DNA from: Capsulimonadaceae bacterium
GTDB lineage: Bacteria > Armatimonadota > Armatimonadia > Armatimonadales > Capsulimonadaceae
Direction of reading: 5' to 3'
Length of the DNA stretch: 64,000 nt
NCBI GenBank assembly: GCA_965215505.1
Contig: OZ244065.1
Coordinates: 6,016,001-6,080,000 of the forward strand
Below, in pieces: positions 1 through 8,100 of this stretch; position 1 is the first letter of the stretch, and each line of letters starts with the position of its first letter. The position numbers and the translations under genes are program-made. Below the pieces are notes generated by a model. It saw only the letters and a list, made by a program, of their open reading frames with translations. It was not told where the DNA came from and did no database searches.

Positions 1-24
1 CCACGGCGTGAAGGCGTCGTGACG

Positions 25-74
25 AGAAAAAGCCCGCGCCTTTCGCTTGGGGCGAAGGGCGCGGGCTTTTGTTT
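25..74. terminator. Bidirectional intrinsic terminator
   Basis: GC-rich stem agcccgcgcctttcgc / gcgaagggcgcgggct flanked by an A-run and a T-run; lies just downstream of minus-strand ORF 90..257. Confidence 0.75.
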
Positions 75-89
75 GACCGCCGCCGCAGG

Positions 90-257
90 TCAGGCATTGG
101 CCGACGGGCTGCTCTCCTCGCGGGAGTAGTAGCCCAGCTCGACGAGCAGGTCGTCAGGGTCGGTGTCGAAGAACTCGGAAATCGCGTGGATAAAATCCAC
201 GGAGGGGGCGTCGGCCAACTGTGTGCCGGGGGCAAGCATCTCTGCTTCGGTGTTCAT
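90..257 (-). CDS. Small 55-aa protein resembling the C-terminal half of an XRE/Cro HTH domain
   Basis: Not in the ORF track; hand translation MNTEAEMLAPGTQLADAPSVDFIHAISEFFDTDPDDLLVELGYYSREESSPSANA; AGGAG SD upstream, terminator downstream. Confidence 0.65.
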   Translation of the reverse strand: MNTEAEMLAPGTQLADAPSVDFIHAISEFFDTDPDDLLVELGYYSREESSPSANA

Positions 258-368
258 GGTGATCTCCTGCGCGTCATCTCAACGAGGTCAGATTTTTAGC
301 TTTAGAGCGGCCTCAAGCCCTGACTTCCGGGCAAAACCTCTCTAGTATACCACAGTCCGCCGGATTTC

Positions 369-1148
369 ATGCCTGATGCCGGCCTTTTTCTTCCGGCGCT
401 CCCCCGTACCCTTCTTGCAATCGTCTTGCAATCGTGCCGCGCATCCGGTATACTCCCGGCTACGGTGAACGCGATCATTGACAACCAGGAGCGCAGGCTC
501 GCCCTGTGCGTCCGGGACCGGATGGAGGCGGGGGCGGTGAGCGCGCGGCTCGCCGTGGGCTACCTGTTCCTGGACGGCTTGGCCCCCTTGCGGGCGCAGA
601 TCGAGCGGCTCGGGTCGCTTGAGATCCTCATCGGCAACGTGGTGAACCGCTTGACCGAGGAGCAGGTGCGCGAGGAATCGGCGGCACGGCAGCGGGGCGG
701 GGAGAACCTGGTCCGGGGCGGGGAAGACGTGGCGGCGACGCTGCGCGACGGGCACGACCGTGCCGCCGCCGAGACCGCCCTCAACCTGCGCGCGACCATC
801 GCCGCGCTCCCGCCGACGCCGGAGAACCGGGCGCTCCTGCTGACACTCGCCGGGCGCGTGGCGCAGGGCCACCTCCGGGTGCGGCTGTACACGCGCGGGC
901 GCATCCACGCCAAAGTGACGCTGCTGGAATATCCCGAGGGACACCCGGACGCGCCCGGCGTCGGGATCGTCGGGTCGAGCAACCTCACCCTGGGCGGGGA
1001 GGCGCACCCGACCGAGTTGAACGTCGCCGTGCGCGACGCGGAAAGCCTCGCCGCGCTGGACTCCTGGTTTGGGCGGCTTTGGAACGGTTCGCAGGACTTC
1101 CACCGGGAGCTGTTCGACGAATTGGGGCAGTGCTGGGCGTTCCGCTAG
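369..1148 (+). CDS. Stand-alone phospholipase D-like (HKD) nuclease-domain protein
   Basis: RIHAKVTLLE...GSSNLT...ELN motif and AVGYLF, typical of PLDc domains normally fused to SNF2 helicases. Confidence 0.75.
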   Translation: MPDAGLFLPALPRTLLAIVLQSCRASGILPATVNAIIDNQERRLALCVRDRMEAGAVSARLAVGYLFLDGLAPLRAQIERLGSLEILIGNVVNRLTEEQVREESAARQRGGENLVRGGEDVAATLRDGHDRAAAETALNLRATIAALPPTPENRALLLTLAGRVAQGHLRVRLYTRGRIHAKVTLLEYPEGHPDAPGVGIVGSSNLTLGGEAHPTELNVAVRDAESLAALDSWFGRLWNGSQDFHRELFDELGQCWAFR

Positions 1149-1342
1149 GCGGCCCACCGCCGGGGCCGGCGTTCGTTCCGGGCGTCCGGTGCCCGCGCGG
1201 GCGAGGCGAGGCGCGAGTCTTCTTCGGAGGTGTCGTCATCCAGCCAGAGCAGCGAGGCGAGGCGGTCACAGACCGGAGCCTCCTCGTGGGCGTCGCAGAG
1301 GGCTTCCGCCTGGGCGGGCGGAATTAACATGAGCGGTTTCAT
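1145..1342 (-). CDS. Small hypothetical protein (65 aa)
   Basis: Strong GAGGAGG SD before ATG at 1342; TTGAAA-N18-TAAAAT promoter-like sequence on the minus strand in the AT-rich 1405-1446 region. Confidence 0.55.
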   Translation of the reverse strand: MKPLMLIPPAQAEALCDAHEEAPVCDRLASLLWLDDDTSEEDSRLASPARAPDARNERRPRRWAA

Positions 1343-1545
1343 ACGACCTCCTCGTCGTGAGCCAACCGAGAGCAAGAATGAACGGGCGGCGTCATTGCCG
1401 GTTCCATGTTCTTTCCCATTTTACTCGTTTTCATACATCTTTTCAACGTCAATGCCGCCTGGTCTTTGCGGTACTTTTTCCATCATCGGAAAAAAGTGTC
1501 CCTGGCTTTAGGGCCGCGCGAGGCCGGAGGCCGCCCCGTCCGATC

Positions 1546-2646
1546 ATGCCTGAAACTGTCTTTGATACGCCGCAGTCCCCGACCGACCTGCTGCCGCGCC
1601 TGCTGGCCCTGCCGCGCGGTGCCTCCGTCCTCCTGCTGGGTGGGACGGACAGCGGCAAGACCACCTGGACGCGCGACGGCGTCTTCGCCCTCAGCGGGGC
1701 GGGCCGGGCTGTCGCCGTCGTGGACTGCGACCTGGGGCAGGGCGAGATCGGGCCGCCCGCAACCGTCGGGGCCGGATGGGCCGCCCCGAACGCCGAATTC
1801 CGCTCCCTGCGCGACCTGCCGGTCCTGGCCGCCTATTTCGTCGGGGCCGTCTCGCCCGCCCGGCACCTGCTGGACGTCTGCGTCGGTGCGGTCCAGATGG
1901 CGCGCGTCGCCAAGAAGCGCCGACCCGACCTGCTCCTGATAGATACCGACGGCATGATCGGGGGGGCCTCGGCCCGCGAGGTCAAGCGGCGCTTGGCCGA
2001 GCTGCTGCTGCCGCAGGTCGTCGTCGCCCTGGCGCGCGGCGACGAGCTTGCCCCCCTCCTGACCGCCTTCTCCCGTCTGGACGCCCCCGAAGTCTGGCGT
2101 GTTCCCGCCCACCCCGAGGCCGCGCGCAAGACGCCCGCCGCCCGGACGACCCGCCGGGCGGCCCGGTTCCTCTCCGCGCTGGCGGGCGCGCAGCCGCTCA
2201 CCTTCCCGCTCGACTCGGTCGCCCTGCAAGGGACCTGGCTCGGCCTGGGGGAGCCTCTGCCGCACCACCTGACCCTCTTCCTCAGCCAGTCGCTGGGCCG
2301 GCCCGCCCTGCACGCGGAGCGGACGCCCGGCGGCGGCCTGTACGTCGTCCTCAACGGCGAGGGCTGGGATGCGTCGGGCCTGGCGGCCGTCGAGAGCCAC
2401 TTCGCGACCCGCGCCGTCTCGATCACGGCGGCCCAGAAGTTCGCCGGCCTGCTGGTCGGCCTGGTCTCGGCGGGCGGCGCGCTGCTCGGGCTGGGGCTGA
2501 TCGAGCGGATAGACTTCCCCCGCCGCACCCTCTCCGTGCTGACGCCGTGCCGCAAGCCGGCCGCCGTCGCCCAGGTCTGGCTCGGCGGGCTGCGCCTGCG
2601 TCCGGACGGGCGCGAGATCGGCGAGGTGCGTCCCGGCGAGATTTAG
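1546..2646 (+). CDS. Clp1/Grc3/NOL9-family polynucleotide 5'-hydroxyl kinase
   Basis: Walker A GGTDSGKTT, DCDLGQGEIGPP, LIDTDG, RxxRR lid motif and C-terminal GLLVGL...LGLG. Confidence 0.8.
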   Translation: MPETVFDTPQSPTDLLPRLLALPRGASVLLLGGTDSGKTTWTRDGVFALSGAGRAVAVVDCDLGQGEIGPPATVGAGWAAPNAEFRSLRDLPVLAAYFVGAVSPARHLLDVCVGAVQMARVAKKRRPDLLLIDTDGMIGGASAREVKRRLAELLLPQVVVALARGDELAPLLTAFSRLDAPEVWRVPAHPEAARKTPAARTTRRAARFLSALAGAQPLTFPLDSVALQGTWLGLGEPLPHHLTLFLSQSLGRPALHAERTPGGGLYVVLNGEGWDASGLAAVESHFATRAVSITAAQKFAGLLVGLVSAGGALLGLGLIERIDFPRRTLSVLTPCRKPAAVAQVWLGGLRLRPDGREIGEVRPGEI

Positions 2647-2721
2647 AAGTAGCCTCCGAGTTAGAAGTGCCCCCTAGGTAGGCAGGCAGCCGAAGTGCGT
2701 GACGCGGTCGCGCCCGGCCGC

Positions 2722-3642
2722 CTAGGAGTGGTAGAGCGCCTTGTCCGCCTGGTCCAGCAGGGGCCAGGCGGGGTCCTCGCCCGGCCGCAGCGTGGCGGCG
2801 CCCAGGCTGACGGTCACGGGCCGCGCGGGCCACCCGTGGGCCGCGACCGCCGCCCGCAGCCGCTCCGCGACGGCCCGCGCCCCGGCCCCCTCCGCCCCCG
2901 GCAGCAGGATGGCAAATTCCTCCCCGCCGTAGCGCGCGACGAGGTCCACCGTCCGAGCGTAGCCGCGCAGCAGCCCGGCCAGGGTCTTCAGCACCTCGTC
3001 CCCTGCGGGGTGCCCGAAGGCGTCGTTGTACTGCTTGAAGTGGTCCACGTCCAGCATGACGAGTGACAGGGGGGTGCCGTCACGCGCTGCCCGCGCACGC
3101 TCGTGTTCCATCTGCGCGTGGAACTCGCGGTGGTTCCGCAGGCCGGTCAGGCCGTCCGTGGTGGCGAGCGCGCGGAGCTGAGTGTTCGCCTCCTCCAGGG
3201 CGGCCTTCTGCGCCTCAAGCCGCTCCTCGTACTGCTTGTGTTCCGTGACATCGCGCAGCGTCGCCATGAAGTGCGTGATGCCGCCGCCGACCGACCGGAC
3301 CGGATTGATGCGCCACTCGGCGTGATAGGGCACGGAACCTTTGCGGTAGTTGATGCCCCGGCCGTGGAACGGGATGCCGTCCGCCAGGCAGTGCCGCAGA
3401 TGACATAGCAGTGCCCGGTCGGTTTCCGGCCCCTGGAGGAGTCTCGGCGTCCGGCCCAGCACCTCGCCCGCCGTGTAACCGGTCATCGCCAGGAACGCCG
3501 GGTTCACATAGAGGATGTGCGGGCCGGGCTGCTCGATCACGGCGTCCGTGATCAGAATCGCCTCGCCGGCCTGCTCGACCGCCGCCTGGAGCAGGTGCAG
3601 CGCCTCATCCGGCGGGAGGTCCGTCAGTGGGAGGGGGGACAT
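2722..3642 (-). CDS. PAS-GGDEF diguanylate cyclase with a premature stop near the C-terminus
   Basis: PAS (YVNPAFLAMTGY, LLQGPETD), TDGLTGL, DVDHFKQYND, RYGGEEF; TAG replaces the Lys of ALYxxKxxGRxRV. Confidence 0.85.
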   Translation of the reverse strand: MSPLPLTDLPPDEALHLLQAAVEQAGEAILITDAVIEQPGPHILYVNPAFLAMTGYTAGEVLGRTPRLLQGPETDRALLCHLRHCLADGIPFHGRGINYRKGSVPYHAEWRINPVRSVGGGITHFMATLRDVTEHKQYEERLEAQKAALEEANTQLRALATTDGLTGLRNHREFHAQMEHERARAARDGTPLSLVMLDVDHFKQYNDAFGHPAGDEVLKTLAGLLRGYARTVDLVARYGGEEFAILLPGAEGAGARAVAERLRAAVAAHGWPARPVTVSLGAATLRPGEDPAWPLLDQADKALYHS

Positions 3643-3654
3643 AACAGGAACTTC

Positions 3655-3702
3655 TTTCAAACCATAGACGGTCTCAAGTTTCAGACAACGGACGGTCTCA
3701 AG
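3655..3702. repeat. Imperfect 24-nt tandem direct repeat (2 copies)
   Basis: tttcaaaccatagacggtctcaag followed directly by tttcagacaacggacggtctcaag. Confidence 0.6.
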
Positions 3703-4840
3703 CCGCCGCCGACAGCAGGCGCAGGAACGGGCGAGCCGCTTCCGGCGGGTTCGCCGGGCGCGCAAACAGGAACCCCTGCATGAAGTCCGCGCCCGCCTCC
3801 CGGCACATGTGCATCTGGCTCTCGGTCTCGATGCCCTCGGCGATCACCTGGATCTCGAGCCGCCGGGCCTGGGCGACGACCAGGTCGAGGTTCTGACGCG
3901 CGCTCCGGTCGTGTTCGGCGCGGACGATCAGCGCACGGTCCAGCTTGACGTAGTCCGGACGCAGGGCGGTGAGGTATTCCAGCGTGGAGAAGCCCGCGCC
4001 CATGTCATCCACCGCCGTGCCCACCCCGCGTGACTTGTAGTAGTCCAGGATGTGTTTGAGCCGCCTCATGTCCGGGATGTGTTCCGACTCCACGACCTCG
4101 AAGACCAGGCTCGAAAGCTCCGTGCCGCACTCCTCCGCCGTCTCCATCGTGGTCCGCAGGCAGACCTCCGGGTCGTAGATGGTGTTTGGCATGAAGTTAA
4201 TGAACAGCCGCGTGTCGGGCATGTGCAGGACGGCGGCGTTGCGGATGGCCACCTGCCGCGCCCGCTGGTCCAGCACATGCTCCAGGTTCAGCTTGACCGA
4301 GGCGTCAATGATCGGCCCGGCCCCGATGACCTCCTGAGTCCGGGGGTCGCGGGCGCGGATCAGGGCCTCGTGCGCGAACACGGCACCGGTTTCGGCGTCC
4401 ACGATCGGGTGGAAGAGGCTGAACAGCCAGCCGTCCTCAAGGGCGTCCCGCACCCAGTCGTGCTGCGCGCGCTGCACCAGGGCAGTCAGCGGCTCCGCCT
4501 GGATGAACGCGGCCAGGGCGCTCTCCGCGTCGTCCAGATCGCCGGAGAAGAATACGCCCGTCACGTCCTGCGCGACCGAGTCCGGCAACTGCTCCAGGAA
4601 GGCCGCAGTCAGGCCCGAGACGCGCGGCCGGAGCGTGGGCAGGGCGAGGACATTTTTCCAGGCCCGGTATGGGGTGTTGGCCGCCTCCAGGCTCCGGATC
4701 AGGGCCTCGCGGACGTTGTTGTTATGCGGCCCCAGCAGCAGATGGGTGTTCTGACCGGAAGGGCTGCGATCCGTCACCTGACAGCGGAGGCAGGCCTCCC
4801 CGTGCCCGGAGCAGGCGGCGCGTTTTGCGGCGGACTTCAT
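3698..4840 (-). CDS. EAL-domain c-di-GMP phosphodiesterase
   Basis: FHPIVD, HEALIR, FINF, FEVVESE, AVDDMGAGFS, KLDR, AEGIET, QGFLFARP; start placed at MKSAAK (ATG 4840). Confidence 0.85.
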   Translation of the reverse strand: MKSAAKRAACSGHGEACLRCQVTDRSPSGQNTHLLLGPHNNNVREALIRSLEAANTPYRAWKNVLALPTLRPRVSGLTAAFLEQLPDSVAQDVTGVFFSGDLDDAESALAAFIQAEPLTALVQRAQHDWVRDALEDGWLFSLFHPIVDAETGAVFAHEALIRARDPRTQEVIGAGPIIDASVKLNLEHVLDQRARQVAIRNAAVLHMPDTRLFINFMPNTIYDPEVCLRTTMETAEECGTELSSLVFEVVESEHIPDMRRLKHILDYYKSRGVGTAVDDMGAGFSTLEYLTALRPDYVKLDRALIVRAEHDRSARQNLDLVVAQARRLEIQVIAEGIETESQMHMCREAGADFMQGFLFARPANPPEAARPFLRLLSAAA

Positions 4841-5007
4841 AATTCGGTTGGACTTTCTTAACGATCTTGTCAATTGGCGTGCGTTACCCGGATTATGGCG
4901 ATTGCCGGGGTGCTGCTCAGGAGGAATGAGTATGACAAGAATCAGCCCCCTCCCTGATGCCATGCTCGGGGAGGGGGCGGACGAGCGGGGAAAGGTTCTC
5001 GGGCCGG

Positions 5008-6073
5008 TCATGCCGGGGCGCGCTTGCGGGCGCGGAAGGCAAGGCCCGCGCTGCCTATTAGGAGCATCCCGCCCAGCGAGACGACCGTGGACGCCTCGGG
5101 AACGGGCGACGGAGTGGCTTTCACGCCGTTGAATTGGAGCTGATTGGATGTCCCCGACTGGCGGCGTCCCGATCTCTTGTAAGCCCGTCCCGGTGATGTT
5201 GATGACATCCTGGAAACCACTGTCTGTGATGGACTGGAGGCTCCCGCCGGAGATCACAGTATCGGCGAAACTGCCTCCGGCGGTGAAGCTGGCGATCGTC
5301 CCCCCTGAGACACTGTCATTACCGCCCGAGACAGAGAAACTCTGGATGATGCCGCCGGTTATGCCAAAAGATGAACCCGAATCTGCGGTGTTGACGGTTC
5401 CGCTGCTGATAAAGACGCCGCTGGGTGTAGATATTCTCTGAACATTCCCGCCGGAAACACTGATTCTTCCTGTGGATGCTGACTGAAAAGAATCCGAGCC
5501 GATAAATCCGACCGTCCCGCCCGTGACCTGGACTCCTGCTCTGTCAGTGGTCACCTTCCCGACGGTCCCGCCGGAGATGGTCAGTCGGTTGAACGTGCTG
5601 GTTACGCCTGTCCCCGTGTCCGCATTCTGGACCGTCCCGCCGGAGATGATGACCTGCCCATTACTGAAGCCTGTACTCGCAGTTTGAACCATCCCGCCGC
5701 TGATGAATACGTTGTTACCCGTGACATTCCCGACGGTCCCCCCGGCGATGTTGGCGGCGCCGTTGTTGCCTACCGTGATGTTTTGGATGGTCCCGCCATC
5801 CTAAACATTGAGGTTTATGTAGGGGCCAACATTGGGATTTCCCCCTACTTGCCCCGTCGCATAGTTGGTGGTAGAGATGCTCGCGCCGCCGAAGATAGTG
5901 CCACCGCCGACAACAGAGGTCCCGGTGCCGCTGACCGTGGCCGTGCCGGAACTGACGGTGATCGTCTGCGCCGGGGCGGGGAGGGCGCAGAGCAGGAGGG
6001 AGCCGGCAAGGAAGAGTGTCGGGCGCGAGATCCGGCGAGACGCCGTGGGTGTGCTGTCGCCGTGATCTGTCAT
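5008..6073 (-). pseudogene. Disrupted PEP-CTERM secreted protein with ISGG-type beta-solenoid repeats
   Basis: Signal peptide (LFLAGSLLLCALPAPAQ), in-frame TAG at 5801-5803, repeats of xxISGGTVxx, frameshift near 5160 separating the VPEASTVVSLGGMLLIG..RARKR tail. Confidence 0.75.
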
Positions 6074-6192
6074 GTTGGATTCCCTCAACAGCAGGCGTCC
6101 TGCACAAAAGCGTACCCGATCCTGCTGTATCTACTGGTGTCTGCACGAACCATGCCCAAACCCAGTTTTCGGGCCGCATACTCAGGAATCGT

Positions 6193-6219
6193 GCAGGAAA
6201 AGCACCCCGCCGCCACGAA
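6193..6219 (+). promoter_or_regulatory. Putative alternative-sigma (SigH-like) promoter GCAGG-N18-CGAA upstream of xylA
   Basis: Same motif and spacing recur at 57702 and 62760. Confidence 0.45.
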
Positions 6220-6269
6220 CTGAACTCCAACATTCACTTCGTCATCGGCAAAGGAGACAGCGCGAAGAC

Positions 6270-7439
6270 ATGAGCAACTACCAGCCCCAGAAATCGGACA
6301 AATTCACGTTCGGCCTGTGGACCGTCGGCAACCCCGGCGTGGACCCCTTCGGTGGGGCCGTCCGCACCCCCGTCACGCCCGTCGAGCGCGTCCGCAGATT
6401 AGGCGAACTCGGTGCCTACGGCGTCAACCTCCATGACAACGACCTCGTCCCCTTCGGCGCGACCGCCGCCGAGCAGGACGCCATCGTCAAAGAATTCAAG
6501 CAGGCGCTTTCAGACAGCGGCGTCGTCTGCGCCATGGCGACCACGAACCTGTTCACCCACGCCGTCTTTAAGGACGGCGCGTTCACCTCAAATGACCCCC
6601 AGGTGCGCGCCCTCGCCCGGCAGAAGGTCATGCGCTCCATGGACCTCGGCGTCGAGCTTGGTGCCCCCATCTACGTCTTCTGGGGCGGGCGCGAGGGCGT
6701 CGAGATCGAGGCCTCCAAGGACCCCGTGACCGCCGCCAAGCGCTTCCGGGACGCCATCGACTTCTTCTGCGAGTATTCGCAGTCGCAGGGCTACAACCTC
6801 AAGTTCGCCCTGGAGGCCAAGCCGAACGAGCCGCGCGGCGACATCTACCTGCCGACGACCGGCGCGATGCTCGGCTTCATCGCGACTCTGGCCCACCCGG
6901 AGATGGTGGGCGTCAACCCCGAGTTCGCGCACGAGACGATGGCCGGCCTGTCCTTCTACCACGCCGTCGCCCAGGCGCTCGAAGCCGGCAAACTGTTCCA
7001 CATTGACTTGAACGGCCAGAAGCCGGGGCGCTACGACCAGGACTTCCGGTTCGGCCAGGAGGACTACAAGCAGAACTTCTTCCTGGTGAAGCTGCTGGAA
7101 GACTACGGCTATGAAGGCCCCAAGCACTTCGATGCTCACCCCCTGCGGACCTCGGACCCCGACGACGTGTGGGAATTCGCCAAGGGCTGCATGCGGACGT
7201 ACCTGATCTTCAAGGAGAAGGCCGCCCAGTTCAACGCCGACCCGGAGATCCAGGCCCTGGTGGCCGAAACCTACAAGCAGGATGCCGACCTGGACCCGAT
7301 CCTGGACGGCAAGTTCAGCCCCCAGAACGCCCAGGCCTTGAAGGGCATGACCTTCGACGCCGAAGCCCTGGCCGCTCGGCCGCTGCCCTACGAGAAGCTG
7401 GACCAGCTCGTCTTCGATCTGCTGCTCGGTGTCCGGTGA
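6270..7439 (+). CDS. xylA: Xylose isomerase (class I, Actinobacteria/Thermus type)
   Basis: [54 protein letters not shown]. Confidence 0.95.
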   Translation: MSNYQPQKSDKFTFGLWTVGNPGVDPFGGAVRTPVTPVERVRRLGELGAYGVNLHDNDLVPFGATAAEQDAIVKEFKQALSDSGVVCAMATTNLFTHAVFKDGAFTSNDPQVRALARQKVMRSMDLGVELGAPIYVFWGGREGVEIEASKDPVTAAKRFRDAIDFFCEYSQSQGYNLKFALEAKPNEPRGDIYLPTTGAMLGFIATLAHPEMVGVNPEFAHETMAGLSFYHAVAQALEAGKLFHIDLNGQKPGRYDQDFRFGQEDYKQNFFLVKLLEDYGYEGPKHFDAHPLRTSDPDDVWEFAKGCMRTYLIFKEKAAQFNADPEIQALVAETYKQDADLDPILDGKFSPQNAQALKGMTFDAEALAARPLPYEKLDQLVFDLLLGVR

Positions 7440-7471
7440 CTGCCCTGAGCCTCGCCCCTGCGTGTTTCGGC

Positions 7472-7494
7472 GTAGGGGCGGGGGGACCCCGCCC
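7472..7494 (+). repeat. GTAG-type REP-like palindrome
   Basis: GTAGGGGCGGGGGGACCCCGCCC; same GTAGGGG foot as copies at 24373, 25969 and 45030. Confidence 0.5.
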
Positions 7495-7565
7495 TCTCGC
7501 TCTATCTTCTCCTGTCTGCCGCGTTCACGCTTTTTCGTGGCCTCATCGGGTACAATATCTCCATC

Positions 7566-8024
7566 TTGGCCCAACTTCGGCGGTTACAACTCATCGTCTG
7601 GTGTCTGGTCCTCCCGCTCCTCGGGACTGGGCTGCCCCGTGAATCCGTCTGGCAGTGCGCCCACGCCGCCCAATCCATCACGCTCCTGCCTGCCTCCCCC
7701 AACGCCATGCCCTGCCGTATGGCGCACCGGACGCCTATGGCCTGCTGCCGGACTGCCTCCTCCGAGACGCCGCAGCGGGCCTCCCTGCACGCGCCCCCCT
7801 GCAAGCCGACCGTCACGCCGGCTGCGCCTACGCCTGTCGCCCGCCTTACCGCCGCCTTTGCACTGCTGATCGCTGCCGATGTGGCCCCCGCTGACTTCCC
7901 GCAGGCCCGTCCGCTTTTGCTCCATTCCCCGGTGGTCACGGCCGCCCCGCGCGGCCCGCCGATCCCTCTTGCCTCCCTGACCCACGCCTCCGCCCACGGC
8001 CTCCGCGCGCCCCCACTTTCCTGA
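7566..8024 (+). CDS. Putative DUF2946-like metal-sensing leader / ribosome-arrest protein
   Basis: N-terminal hydrophobic segment, Cys/Met/His cluster (WQCAH, MPCRMAH, MACC), Pro-rich tail with RGPP (7950-7961) and RAPP (8004-8015) just before the stop; GGGTACAAT -10 upstream; TTG start uncertain. Confidence 0.7.
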   Translation: MAQLRRLQLIVWCLVLPLLGTGLPRESVWQCAHAAQSITLLPASPNAMPCRMAHRTPMACCRTASSETPQRASLHAPPCKPTVTPAAPTPVARLTAAFALLIAADVAPADFPQARPLLLHSPVVTAAPRGPPIPLASLTHASAHGLRAPPLS

Positions 8025-8100
8025 TTCCGTCGTGTCCCGGCGACCGCCGCCGACCCGATGCTTCTCCACGTTACCACTCACCCTCACAGGAGACAGAATC

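Noticed and set aside
3698-5692. 664-aa beta-solenoid-EAL fusion in the ORF track
   Set aside because: Artefact of the frameshift in the PEP-CTERM pseudogene; the joining segment is low-complexity off-frame sequence
2722-5803. Two in-frame TAG codons in neighbouring genes suggesting amber recoding
   Set aside because: TAG is the normal stop of conserved genes here (pgm, nadE, atpD, hpf, trxB), no pyl genes are seen, and the PEP-CTERM gene also has a frameshift; simple nonsense mutations fit better
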